A stretch of 64,000 nt of DNA, taken from contig OZ024743.1 of NCBI GenBank assembly GCA_964016885.1, positions 48,980,001 through 49,044,000 of the forward strand, given 5' to 3'. Each line of letters begins with the position of its first letter. Positions within the stretch are counted from its first letter, which is position 1. Under the pieces are notes generated by a model, which saw nothing but the letters and a program-made list of their open reading frames with translations, had not been told where the DNA came from and did not search any database. The DNA comes from Eledone cirrhosa (Eukaryota). This document shows, in pieces, positions 31,069-46,200 of this stretch. The position numbers were made by a program, and so were the translations under genes.

Positions 31069-34000
31069 CTGAAATGAAAAGAAAAAGATTATTGCATTAT
31101 ACAGCAGCAATTAGAATCATTTTAAATACCTCTCATTGCTGATAAGTGCTCCAGCTGTTCAATCAATGGTGCAGCCTACTCATGAAATTAAAGTATAAAT
31201 GGTTAAATATTTCACAGACATACACTCTTAGCATAAAAGGTTATGATAAATGACACTTGTCAACATGTCAGACAGTGGGCTCAAACAGACTTTATGATTG
31301 CAAAGCAAACTTCTTAACCACTCAGCCATAGTGTATCCAAAATTTACAGATAAAAAAAATAAGCATGTTTGTATGTGTGCATGCATGCATATGTATGTAT
31401 ATATATCTCAAGTTAAAGGCCACAGTTTTGCACTTAGATAGCTGAACTTTTGCATATTTCAACTACAGCTAATATTCCCTTGGAAATAAGTCTAACATGT
31501 TATCACATGTACCATCATCATCATTATTATACATGTTTTTCCATGCTGGCATAGGTTGGACGATCAAGTCATCATCATCATTTAATGTCTATTTTCCATG
31601 CTAACATGGGTTAGATGGTTGTCCCATTTGAAGCAAGTCAGGTCAGGTGACCATATCTTGCTCATACAGAACTGTTTCTGGCTTGGTTTCTATGGCTGGA
31701 CGCCCTTCCTAACACTAACCACATTTACAGCATGTACTGGGTGCTTTTTGTCATGACACCTTCACAACCACTTTACAGTGTGGGTTAGGGGCTTTTTGTT
31801 GTGGCTCCAAAACAACCACTTTACAGTGTGGACTGGGGTGGGTAGGAGGTGTAAAGGTATGGGAGAAGAGTGGTGTGATTAGAATGTGGGTTGAGTGTTA
31901 AGGGATGGGAGGTGAATCGATAGAGGAAGGGTTAAGTGGTGCATACTAGATGCATGCTTCAACGAATGTGCATAGTAAGTTTGGTCTTCTGTATTACTCA
32001 ATAACGCCAAAGATCTTGATCCTGTGTCATCGCTTTTGAGAGGTAAAATTGTGTAAGGTCATCTTTTACGACCTCATCCCAGATCTTCCTACTCAATAGG
32101 TTCCATAGGATGAGGTGACAATGATGATGAAAATAGTAATAAAGAAGATGATAAAAAAGATAATAACTGTTGAAATTCCACTTACCAACAACAGAATTTC
32201 CTGTGCCAAATGCACAAATGCAAGCACATTCTGCTGGAACTGTGAAGTTAGCAAGGCCCCACTGTGATTCACCATATTGACCAAGAAAGCCCATTTTTTT
32301 AAAACTGAAAAATATACAACAAAAAAAAAATTCAATTGATATTGAATTGCTGGTCTATGTGTATGCATGTGTGTGAGAGGGGTTGTATGTGTGTGAGAGG
32401 GGTTGTATGTGTGTGAGAGGGGTTGTATGTGTGTGAGAGGGGTTGTATGTGTGTGAGAGGGGTTGTATGTGTGTGAGAGGGGTTGTATGTGTGTGAGAGG
32501 GGTTGTATGTGCGTGAGAGGGGTTGTATGTGCGTGAGAGGTGTTTTGTGTGTGTGTGTGCATGTGTGCATGTGTGCATGTGGCAGTGCATGTTTTGGCAA
32601 GCAAAGAATGTGAAGGCAGCAGGTTTAGTGGTTAGAGTGTTGGGCTCAACTGTGAGGTTGTGAGTTCGATGCAGGGATTGGGCAGAGCATTGTGTCCTTG
32701 ACACTTTATTTCACATTGCTCCAGTTCACTCAGCTTGAAAACATTAGTTGCAATGTCACTGGTGCCAAACTGTATTGGCCTTTGCTTTCTCTTGCTTAAC
32801 ATCAGTGGCGTGGAAAGGGGAGGCAAGTATGCATGGATGACTGCTGGCTTTCCATAATAAACACCTTGCTCAGGCTTGTCACTTGGAGAGGAATCTTCCA
32901 GATGTAAACCTATGGTTTCTCTTTAATCAAAGAATTAATGCAATTATAACACATTATCAGAAACTGAACTCACGTTGATCTTTTATTCAGCGTTGTGTCC
33001 TCGATAGCAAATATATGTACTGTCCCCTTGTCACTGGAGGCACACAAGAAGGCAGAATCATGACTGAAAGATATACTGAGAAAATAGATGACAGAGAATT
33101 ACAAATATGAAAATGATAAATACTGTATTTTCTGGCATATAAGGTGTGCTTTTTTTAAAAACAATTCCCTCTAAAAGTCACCCTGTGCCTTATATGTTGA
33201 AGGTCAGGCTTTGGGTAGATATGGGCAACTGCTCCAGTAGGCATAACGGTTAATTTTAGAATGATTAGCAATTGAATGATATAAATTACAAATATACACG
33301 TGTAGTTATAGTAATGAATTACAAATATATATATATATATAAAATAAAATATCTATTTAGACTATAAATATGATCCTTATTATTTCATGTTGCTTGTGTT
33401 TACTGGCAGTTTATTATAATAAAATATCTATCATAATTCTCACACATTTGTGGAAAAATAACATAAAAGATATAGATATTTAACCCTTTAGCATTTACAT
33501 TACTCTATATTTACTATTGTATTTTCATGGTAAACAATTTATCTCACATAATTATCTCACATAATATCGAATCTACGAGATATTGATGTTAAGGTATTGT
33601 TCTCAAATAACTTTAGAATGAGTGGCTGGTTACAGCCAGTTTGAACAAAAAGAAGTGAGAGAATTCTGGCTGGATATGCCTGGTTTAAATGCGAAAGGGT
33701 TAAATGGTAAATATTCAGCAGTACTTCTTCTTTGCCGTAATTTCTGATGATACTTCAATTTCCACTGCCATGTTTGTTTACAAGTAATGATGATGGTGGT
33801 GCTTGAGCAGTGATGATAGCTTTTTATTAAGGGTGATAGTTGATAACTTTAGTATTGTTGGTTGGTGGTGGTTAGTGTTATTAATGATGGAAAGCAACAG
33901 TGGAGGTCACTGGTGCTATTTGGTAGTGTTAATCCTTTAGCATTTACATTACTTTATATATACTATTATATGTTTGTGTTAAAGGCTTTACCTCACATAA

Positions 34001-37000
34001 TTCTCCCACATAATATGGAATCTATGAGATTTTGATATTTATTTTGATAACAATATCTTTACATCAGTATGCGTCACTAGTTATGACCAGTTTGAACAGA
34101 AAAAGGTGAGAGAATTCTGGCCGGATATGACTGGTTTAAATCCTAAAGGGTTAAGAGAAGTATTGTAATTTAGCCTACCATAATAGCTTACCAAAGGGCA
34201 TCAGTCTAAATTTTCATGGTTCCTACATGAAAATGGACTGGTAAAAGGATTGGATGGCGAAAGTGAGAGACATTCAACTAGGGGATTCAGAGTTAGGTGC
34301 AGTTTGGTTTTTTTTCGCAGGCCTGCCAAAATTGGGGTGTGCCCTATATGCCCGAAAATACGGACATGTATGTGACTATGTATGTATCATTATCATCATC
34401 GTTTAACGTCTATCTTCCACACTAGCATGGGTTAGATGAGTGCTGTCCCACTTGAAGCAAGATTGGTCGGGTGACCGTGTCTCACTCGTATAGGACTGTA
34501 TCTGGCAGGTTTTCTACGGCTGGATGCCCTTCCTAACACCAACCACATTTATAGTGTGGACTGGGAGGTTTTTACCGTGTTACCTACACGGCCACATTAC
34601 AGCGTGGACTATGTGTTTTTTTTGTTGTGATACCTACACAACCTCATTATTTTGGACTGGATCTTGTGGTACCAACATAACTTTACAGAGAAAGGGTGGT
34701 GTTGGCGAGAGTGGGAGGATGGAGTAGGGGTAGTGGGTTGGGGTTATATGTATACATATGTATGATGACCATCTTTAGTACATCTATTTTTCCATTCTTG
34801 TATGTGTGTGTATGTGTATCATCATGATCATCATTTTATGTCTGCTGTCATTCTGGCATAGGTTGGACAAGTTGTAATTTGGGAAAAAAAGTTTAGATAA
34901 CATGCCATTCTCATACATTCAATATTTCAGCATGGTTTCTTCAGCTAGATGTCTTTTCTAAAGCCATCCACTTTTCAGAGTATACTGGGTGCATTATATC
35001 ATAGCACCAGCACTTTACATCATATATGTGTCTATTTGTATATGCTAGCAGGGAAAATATACATTATATGATGGTGATGATCATATATATGTATGTATAT
35101 TTTTTTCCTTGTGGTCTGACTCATTTAAGAAGGCAGCAGCTTTGAATATGAACTAACTCAGACTATGACATCTTGTGCAAGTGGACATAAAATGATGATG
35201 GTGTTTATATGAGCAAGAGATGGACACCTGACCTGGCTTATTTCACAACAGGACAACTCGTTTACCATTGCTAGCATGGAAAATAGATGTTAAACAGTGA
35301 TAATGATGATATATATACACACACATATATATAGCTACTTGACTTCCTCCATAGCCCAGCATTTAGTTAGAGGGTTCAAACTGTATTATATTGCATTAGG
35401 CATCACAATATTTTAATGTCTCTCATACATAAGTATATTGCTCCTATCCTTTTTCGGGGTGTAAACCTTCATGTCTTTTCAATAAAATTACTAATTTTAG
35501 AGAATATACTGGGTACATTTTTTGCGACACCAGCGCAACCATTTTACAGACTTGAACTATATTCAATGAAGGCAGCAACACTAACAATTTATAGAGTGTA
35601 CTATGTATTATATATATATATAAATATATTGACTGTGGTAGAAAAAGAAAAAGGTATTAACAATATAAAGAAAATATAATCTATGATATTGATAATATGA
35701 AAAAAAATACAAACTTATTTTGAAACTTCAAATTTACTACCTTTTTTAAAAAAACGCAATTTCAAAATAATTGTTTCTAATTTAGGCACAAGGCCAACAA
35801 TTGAGGGACAGGGAAAGTCAACTTGAACCCAGAAATTTTAAGAATTTTCCGACAAAACCAAATTTTCTGACAACAATATTTTTGCAGGGTGCAGTTGTAT
35901 AGCAAATAGAACATTACTTTTATAGTGACCCTCACATATAGTTTTTCCTTGTCTTTCATTATTTTGAGGTTGATTAAATAAAGTCCCATTGCTGTATTTG
36001 TTCCAGTTCAACTGTGATCTACTTGGCTGATAGACTGAATCTGTTGTTTTCTTTAACATCACCACCAATCTTTGGTGTCAGAGAGTAGACTTAATCTGTC
36101 ACCTAGTTTAACACCAACATTATTTGGCCCTTGGGTACCTTTAATCCTTTAGCATTTAACCAGCCATAATTCTTTCACCTCTTTCTATTCAAACTAACCA
36201 CTCATACTGATGTTAAGGTATTGTTCTCAAAATAAATAATGTCAAAATCTCATAGTTTTGATATTATGTGAAATAATTATGTGAAATAAAGTGTTTACCA
36301 TGAGAATATAATAATAAATATTGAGTAATGTAAATGCTAAAGGGTTAACAGAGTTTAGTCTGTTGCAAGAATTAAGGCTCAGTCTAGGCACTATCCTTTC
36401 TTGCTGGACTAAAAAGTAAAAGAAAAAGTATAGAATACCTAAGTAGTGTACATACCAATATAAAGTGGCAGTGTCAGAACCTCTGCGAAGCTCAACCAGC
36501 AGCTGTTTGTTATAAACATTGAACACCCGTATCAGTGTACCCTGAAAAAATACACAACCTGATTTTAATGAAGAAATATTTGATTACTAGATAATTACAA
36601 TAATTGAGTATCCTCTAGACCAAAGGTCCCCAACCATTGGGTTGCAGACTGGTACCGATCCGTGGATCATTTGCTAGTGGGCCGCAAAGAAATAATTATC
36701 CTGTTTAAAATCATATAACAGATAAATTGAATACTGGACTTTAATTTAAAAAGATTTGTTTAAATATTCAATATTCATCTACTTTAATAAATTGCTCTCT
36801 TTATCAAAATGCACTTAAATAACTCATATGTGCAACTACCAGTCCGCGGAAAGATTGTCCTGCATGAAGCCAGTCCATGCTATAAAAAAGGTTGGAGACC
36901 ACTGCTCTAGATACTTGCACTCTTAACATGATGCATCCTCTGTCAATTTTGATCATAAGCATTCAGTTGTTTGATCAGCTGAGCATCTGACTCATGAATT

Positions 37001-40000
37001 AAGAAGTAAACAGTTAAGTATCCATACATGTACACCCTTAACATACGTCTCAGACAAAATTAACATGGCATAATATGTGACAAGACAGGTCTTTATAGGA
37101 ACAACCCATCAAACAAGCTTCCACACAGTTTCTATCTATCCAATTTCACTCAGAAGGCTCGGGTCAACCTGCGGTTATGGTAAATGACACTTGATCAAAA
37201 TGCCAAGCAGTGAGATGGAACTTGAAACCTCAAGGTTATGTAATTAACTTTGTAATAACTCATCATCCCTGCATTTACTTACACTTAACATAACCCCCAG
37301 GAAGAATCAGTGTGACACCTTACAGTATAATTTAAGCAGCTGTGTATTCCCCAAACATTTGAATGCTTAATATAATCCTGAGACTCAGAATAACACTGAG
37401 TGATTAGCTTTGAGTGATAGGAACAGTCTCTTTTGTGTTCTGAGTCCAAATACTGCTGTGACCTATTTGAGTGGTAGACAACCCATCACCCGGTTTAACA
37501 CCACCATTTGTCTCTTGGGGGCTTTTAGTGGAGTCCTTGGTTCTTTTTCACCTAGAACACATCATCCATTTGTATTACAAGCATTTGAGCAAAGTCTACA
37601 GTTTAAGGATCCTTCCGCTTACGTTCCCATCAGTCTTGGTGACCTGGAAATAGTCATAAGCACAGCCTCCTCCCCCCCCCCCAACTAAACATTAAAAGAA
37701 AAAAGTCATATTTACCTTACGTGAAGCTGTGGCTAAAATAGAGCCACTCTGGTTTAAAGCCAAAGAAGCCAGCTCATTCTGGTGAGCACTGATCATCACC
37801 GGACATACTGACTGCCCTGGCTGAACTTTTTCCAAGTCCTTTGAAAGAAAGAAATAACTGATCAACGATTGATATTTAAACTGATCAATGATTGATATTT
37901 AAACTGGAAATCCATAACGTGAAGTTCTATCCATCTCTCTTCTTTTACTTTGCAAACAACAGGTTCTCTACAGTAAATATCTTATTAAGTCATAGTTTAT
38001 GTTTGATATAAATAGCATTTGACTGTATGAAGCGTGTATAAGGGTGCTATATGGTAGTGAGACATGAATATTGAATGTGGGAAGAGACAAGCAGACTGGG
38101 GAGAAATAAGATGAATATTGCCCAACACGAAAGATGAATTACAAGTAGGCTTACAGAAGGTTTGGGTAGTAATGTCATTAGCAAATATATATGGGAGTTA
38201 CAAATGCACTAGCATTAATACATAATACAATAGGATGATGGGTTCTAGGTGAAAAATTACCAAGTTCTAAAGTAGAACCATGTGGGATGAATTATTGAGT
38301 TCAATTCTGAAGATGATGAAACCTTTTTCTTTTTACTCTTTAGTCAAGGGGAAAGGGCAATGACCATAATCCTTTATCAGGGCCTCCAAGACTGGTACGA
38401 AGGATGGAGGATGGTATCCACAAACTGGAGTTCTGATTCAAATGCTTGCAACAGAATGGACTCTACTAAAGACACGCAAGGTCCAGGTGGTGTTAATAGT
38501 TAAATTCTGCCACCCACGTAGGTCACAGCAAGATAAGAACATAGAATGAAAAGAACCAGAAATGATTTTGCCAATCCACAACCATGAATTGATACTTTAT
38601 TTTATTGACCTTGAAAGAATGAAACACAAAGCTGAGCATGATGGAATAGAGCACAAAGAGTCAGAATACTACATAACTTTTGTCTCACACATAATCTTAC
38701 AAATGAAATGATAGAGTCAATAGAAGTGGTGAAGACTGTATCAATTCTATTGACTGGGAATATCATTAGATTGGATTAACTAACAAAAGTAGATACTGAC
38801 CACTATTTCAACACTTCCACATTTGTGACCAGGAAATACAACCACTTCACGAAGCGTACTTATTTCACATAAGCCTAAAAAATAAAAAATATAAATAATT
38901 AAAAACATATCAGGACTTAGTAATTCGAAAGAAGATTTATTTAAATACAACATATATTTTAATCCTTTATCATTTACATTACTCTGTATTCACTATTGTA
39001 TTTTCACGGTAAACACTTTACCTCACATAATTATCTCAAATAATATCGAATTTACAAGATTTTGATATTATTTATTTTGAGAACAATACCATAACAACAG
39101 TATGAGCAGCCTGTTATGGCCGGTTTGAACAGAAAGAGGTGAGAGAATTCTGGTCGGATATGGTCGGTTTAAATGTTAAAGAGTTACGGCAATTTTCCCT
39201 TGATTTAAGACCTTTTTTTATGTGAAGGAAAGTGTATTGTATAGTGAATGAGTAACAGTATATTACAAGCAATGATTTTATCAACACCAGAAATTTAAGG
39301 GCCAAAGTCAACCTCCCTATTGCTTCTTCACAATATATGTTTAGCACTGTTTCAGGAAGATTTCTTATATTAGAATATAAAAGTTACATACATCCCTGCT
39401 CCGTTGGATGTGTAATAGTAATATACGTGAACGGCAAAGCATAAATGAACTAAGTGAGAAATTTGGAATAAGAGAGATCAGATGCTGTTTACTCAAGAGA
39501 AGACTACATTGGTATGGTCACGTGATGCGCATGAAAGACGACAGCTGTATAAAAAAGTGCAGGGTGATCAAAATAGACGGTAGCCACGGAGTAGGCAGAC
39601 CCAGAAAAACCTGGGATGATTTGATAAATTCTGACCTCACACACTTACACCTCTCCAAGACAATGTCACTGGACCGAGATCTTTGGCGTTACGCAGTAAT
39701 ACAGAAGACCCGCCTTGCCTAAGTGCAAAGCTAAACCTACAGTCAGTAGGCACCTCTTACCAAAATACACCCCCGTTCAACTACCCCACCCCATCGACAC
39801 CACCCCTTTCAATGTAAAGTTATGTTGGTACCACAACATCTAGTCCTAAATAAATGAGGCCATGTAGGTGTCACAACAAAAAAACACACAGTCCACGCTG
39901 TAATGTGGCCGTGTAGGTAAGATGGTAAAAACCTCCCAGTCCACATTGTAAACGTGGTTGGTGTAAGGAAGTGCATCCAGCTGTAGAAAACCTGCCAGAT

Positions 40001-43000
40001 AGTCCTATACGAGCAAGACAACCAATCTTGCCTCAAGTGGGAAAATTCCCGTCCAAACCCATGCTAGCGTGGAAGATAGACGTTAAACGATGATGATGAT
40101 GATGATCCTTATAGATTTTATGTGTTGCAAATTCTATGAAATGAAGATAGCACACACATACACACATCATCATCACTTTATATCAGTTTTTTTATGTTGG
40201 AATGGGTTGGATGGGTTGTTACTGACCAAGTCAGTACTTAATTAGAAGTATTGTGCTCCGAGACAGACCAGAAATCACATTTCACACATTTCATACTTTT
40301 CTGGCATTGTTTTTAGGTCTGGATGCCTTTCCTAATCAAACCACTTTGCAGAATGTACTGAGTGCATTCTATCATAGATACCAGCACTATATATAAATAT
40401 ATATATATATTAGACAATATGCCCCCACCCCCTCCCACTGCAAAGTGGTCGTGGAGGTGCCATGGCAAAAAAGCACCCAGCCCACACTGTAAAGTGGATG
40501 TGTAGGCGCCACGGCAAAAAAGCACCCAGCACTCGCTGTAAATGAGGTTGGTGTTAGGAAGGGCATCCAGCTGTAGAGATCAAGCCAGAATCAGTTCCCA
40601 TATAAGCAAGGCATGGTCAGCCGACTGGACACTGCCCACAACAGGACAACTCATGCTAACGTGGAAAAACGGACGGAAAATGGTGATGATGATGATGATC
40701 ATCATCACCGTTTGATATATATATATATATATATATATCATCATCATCGTTTAACGTCCATCTTCCACGCTAGCATGGGTTTGAATGGGAATTTTCCCAC
40801 TTGAGGCAAGATTTGTTGTCTCGCTCATATAGGACTGTCTGGCAGGTTTTCTACGGCTGGATGCCCTTCCTAACACCAACCACGTTTACAGTGGATTGTG
40901 TGTTTTTTTTCGTGACACCTACATGGCCTCATTTATTTAGGACTAGATGTTGTGGTACCAACATAACTTTACATCGAAAGGGGTGGTGTGGATGGGTTGG
41001 GGTGGTGGGGCGGGAGTGTATTTTTGTTAGAGGTGCCTACTGACTGTAGGTTTAGCTTTGTACTTACGTAAGGCGGGTCTTCTGTATTACTGTGTAGCGC
41101 CAAAGATCTCGGTCCAGTGACATTGTCTTAGAGAGGTGTAAGTGTGTGAGGTCAGAATTTATCAAGTCGTCCCAGGTTTTTCTGGGTCTGCCTACTCCGT
41201 GGCTACCGTCTATTTTTATCACCCTGCACTTTTTTATACAGCTGTCATCTTTCATGCGCATCACGTGACCATACCAATGTAGTCTTCTCTTGAGTAAACA
41301 GCATCTGATCCCTCTCATTCCTAATTTCTCACTTAGTTCATTTATGCTTTGCCGTTCACGTATATTACTATTACACATCCAACGGAGCATGCAAACTTCA
41401 TTCCTCTCCAGTCTGCATATATCCTCTGCATACAATGCCCAAGTCTCACTGCCATGTAACATTCCTGTTCGTATGCAGCTGCCTTTCATTTTTAGAGAGA
41501 ACCCTTTAGTGGCCAATAGTGGTATAAGCTCTCTGAACTTTTTCCATCCCGTTCTGGCTCTAGCTACGGTACTTTCAGAGCACTCTCCACCACTGCTGAT
41601 TTTGTCACCCAGGTAACGGAAGGTGTCCACTATTTCTATAGAACCATCTGTGCAATGGAATGAGCTAGTATTTGTGGGCACTTGCTGCTACTTATTGCAC
41701 CTGAGCACCGGCCACATATAAAATCTATATTCTTAGTTAGCTTACCTGTGATCCCACTACATCTTTTATGCACCCATGCACCCATCTATATATATATATA
41801 GATGTGTGTGTGAGAGGAAAACAGATGTTAAATGATGATGATATGTGTGTTGATAGAAGCTCGTATATACACGAAGGGCATCCAAACTGTTTCTGTCTAC
41901 CAAATTTCACTCATAAAGCATTTTGGTCAGTATAAGACATCTGCCCAAGGTGACAGTGAGATCAAACAGAAGATCATATAGTTGCAAAGTGACAATTTTA
42001 ACCACACAGGTAAACCAGAGTCTTCACCTCTACAAGCCTCATCATTACCATCATCATTTAATATCCATTTTCAAATGGCATTAGTGACCTCTCAGATGGT
42101 TATGGGGCCTGTATTTTGCTTGCATACATTCTCGTGTTCTACCAAGAACATTTTATCATGGCACCAGCACTAAAGAGATTGGCATGTCTTTGGCACAGCC
42201 GAAGAGACTTCTCAATCCTTTATTTGGCCAGTTTTCTAAGATTGGATGAACCGAGTGCATCTATCATGTAGATTAGCAACACTAGGAAGGGTGTCATGTC
42301 TTTGACATGACTGAACAGTTCTCCTGACTCTTTGTTTGGCAGGTTTGTCTCTACAAATCCATATCAGAACAGTTGTAGTTGCTGTATTAAAGTTGGATTA
42401 CTTTCATAAATGGTAGCTACTTACCCATCAGATAAGATCCTAAGTTGATGAGAGGAATGCAAGGTTGGTTGGGAAGTGTGAAATTATTATGTTAAGGATT
42501 AGTAGACAAGGTACTTAACCATTGATCTCCCACACAAATATGGAAGTGTGATCCATCAATGGGCAATATGTCAGAAGTGAAAAGTGAATATTGTTACCTT
42601 TAAAATTATCTCGTGTTCGGAATGAGTACAAATGTGTGGAGTTAATGGGGAAAGAAAACACATGGATTTCATTTCGCAACACACAGAACAGCCTGAAAAA
42701 AAAAAAAAAAAGAAAATGTATTCTAGTAATAACAAAAATAATGGTTTCTAATTTAGGCACGAAGCCAGCAATTTTGGGTGGAAAGGTAAGTCAATGAAAT
42801 TGAGCCCAGTACTTGACTGTTGCTTTATTCTATTGATCCCTGGAAAGATGAAAGGCAAAGTTGATTTGAGCAAGATTTGTCAGGCATGCTAATTATTCTG
42901 CCAATAACCACTCTATCAGTAATAATGATTTTTATTATAGGCACAAGGCCAGCAATTTGGGGAGAGGGGAAAGTCAATTAAATCGACTCCAGTGCATTAC

Positions 43001-43266
43001 TGGTACTTTATTTTATCAACCCCGTAAGGGTGAAAGACAAAGCTAACCTCAACGGGATTTGAACTAAAAACGTAAAGGGCCATAACTCTGTGCCGCAAAG
43101 CATAGTGTTTGATGCTCTACTGATATTGGCAATCTGTCACCCTCCCCATCAATAATAATAAATAATGATGATCATCATAAAAATGTTTGTAATGAAAATA
43201 ATGATGTTGATGGTAACAGCAATAAGGATTTCACTGGACACTATGTCGATGTTTTTTTATGCATAA

Positions 43267-43299
<33 letters not shown>

Positions 43300-46200
43300 G
43301 GTGACTGAATTGATATTAGTATAACATTGGTAATTACTGACTCCTATGGGATGAAAGATAAAGTTAGCCCAGGTTCCAATGAAGGGGTATACAAATTGTT
43401 CTACTAAATTTGCCCAAGGCACAATCATTATGGATAAATTCTCCACTGAAGTTTCAAATTTCAAATCAATTTAAGTTGAAGACATTCTGTCACTAACTCA
43501 AATTGCAACATTGAACTTCTGTTGGAACAACATCAATAGAGATAGCCATTGCAGGCCATGTAATGGTTATAAATGGTACATACATTAAATGTACGACATT
43601 GTGGTATGGAGAATTGGTGAGTGGATGGTAGCTACAGTAGAGATAGGCCATTGCACTGATGATGATGTCATTTAGCCCTAAGTCAACTCTGATTGAGCAG
43701 ACTTATAATGAAAAGGATTCCATTTGTGATCACCTTGTCTTTTTCCTATGTGCATTGAACTAAGGAAGTAAGGTGTGATTTGAGGGTGATTTGGTTGGTA
43801 TTCTTAGTAGCTTGAGCTACCATGTAGAGACTTTCATGTGTGCACATTTAACATGTGATGGTAGTAGATGGGAGCTTCAGTAGAGATAGACCATACTGCT
43901 ATGTGGCCTATAGATGCCTTTAACTTCCTCCAACTTGTTTTAGAAGCACTGAAAAAGTTGTAGGGTCTGTTCTTCCTCCTCTGATTAAGTTATGCCAAAA
44001 ATAAATAAAATAAAAATAAATAAATAAAGAGTTTCGCAAAGGGATAAAAGCCCAAACATCACCAAAAATTAAAAGAATGTGAAGAAAGAAAGTAAAGTGT
44101 CTAACTTGTTTCTCTTCATGCGTATATTCATGACAGGCTGTGAGAAGATATATTCAAGGGCAAATTTCCCATCTGACTTCTGACTCTCATCTCGGATCAA
44201 CACTAGAGAAATACAAGGCACAGTATAAACTTACAAAGAATACAGAAAAAAAAAAATAAATAAATAAAACAACCATCACTTGCAATTGAAGATAACTTGG
44301 TAGCATGTACCATACTTTCGCTAATGGTTTTAGGTACTTATTTAGTAACAATCAGACATTGACATCTCAATTCTCTTATCCTTGACCCCAAAAACATTTA
44401 AAATGAGACAGCTAAAGGGAGAGATGGCTGCACTAAAACTAGACAGGTCCTTTTTTTTTCATCAACCCCAAAAGTATGAAAGCTAAAGTAGATCTCAGCA
44501 AGAATGCAGAGAGCTGAAACAATGATTACATTAATACATTAATACATAAATCTAGTTTACTATTAAAATCTATCTCACATAACATTCACATTAATCTATA
44601 TTTACTATTGTATTTTTGTGGTAAAGGCTTTATCTCACACTGATACCCCACATAGCATTCACATTAATCTATATTTACTATTGTATTTTTGTGGTAAAGG
44701 CTTTATCTCACACTGATACCCCACATAGCATTCACATTAATCTATATTTACTATTGTATTTTTGTGGTAAAGGCTTTATCTCACACTGATACCCCACATA
44801 ACATTCACATTAATCTATATTTACTATTGTATTTTTGTGGTAAAGGCTTTATCTCACACTGATACCCCACATAGCATTCACATTAATCTATATTTACTAT
44901 TGTATTTTTGTGGTAAAGGCTTTATCTCACACTGATACCCCACATAGCATTCACATTAATCTATATTTACTATTGTATTTTTGTGGTAAAGGCTTTATCT
45001 CACACTGATACCCCACATAACATTCACATTAATCTATATTTACTATTGTATTTTTGTGGTAAAGGCTTTATCTCACACTGATACCCCACATAGCATTCAC
45101 ATTAATCTATATTTACTATTGTATTTTTGTGGTAAAGCATTACCTCACATAAATCTATATTTACTATTGTATTTTCATGGTAAAGGCTTTACCTCACATA
45201 ACATTCACATAAATCTATATTTACTATTGTATTTTTGTAGTAAAGGCTTTATCTCACACTAATATCTCATAACATTCACAGTACTCTATATTTACTATTG
45301 TATTTTTGTAGTAAAGGCTTTATCTCACACTAATATCTCATAACATTCACATTACTCTATATTTACTATTGTATTTTTGTGGTAAAGGCTTTATCTCACA
45401 CTAATATCTCATAACATTCACATTACTCTATATTTACTAGTGTATTTTCATGGTAAAGGCTTTACCTCACATAACATTCACATTACTCTATATTTACTAG
45501 TGTATTTTTGTGGTAAAGGCTTTATCTCACACTGATATCGAAACTACAAGATTTTGATGTTATTTATTTCGAGAACAATACCTTAACATCAGTATGAGCA
45601 GCTGGTTTGATCAGAAAGGGGTGAGAAAATTCTGGCCGAATATGGCCGGTTTAAATGCTAAAGAGTTAAGCACAATGCCAACAAATTTGGGGGAAGGGCA
45701 CAGCTGATTAAATCAACCAAAGTACTTGACTTGAAGGATGAAAAGCTAAATTAACCTCAGTAGGATGTGAACTCAGAATGTAAAGAGCTAGAACAAGTAC
45801 AGTAATGACATTTGGTTACCCACACATTCATACATACACACACATGACAGGCTCCACACAGTTCTCAGCTATCAAATTCATTCACAAGGCATTGATTGGC
45901 CTGAGACTATAGTTAAGGACACTTGCCCAAAGTGTCACATACTAGCATAGAATGCAATAAAGTTACTACACACACACACACATTTCTCACTCTTACAGAT
46001 ACATGCACATAACTGATTTCTAAGAAAGCATATATTACCAGTATTGTCAGCAAATTTTGGACAACTTCCACCTCCAACAATTCCGATGAGATTGGTACGG
46101 AATAACATCTCAGCATGAGAAATGCTACCAATATTTTCTTTTCCTGCAAAAGAATAGAAATTCAAAGTATAAAATATTAGAAATATCTTATTATTATTAT

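Noticed and set aside
44570-45540. CRISPR-like array
   Set aside because: No unique spacers, eukaryotic context, and the unit derives from a MITE.
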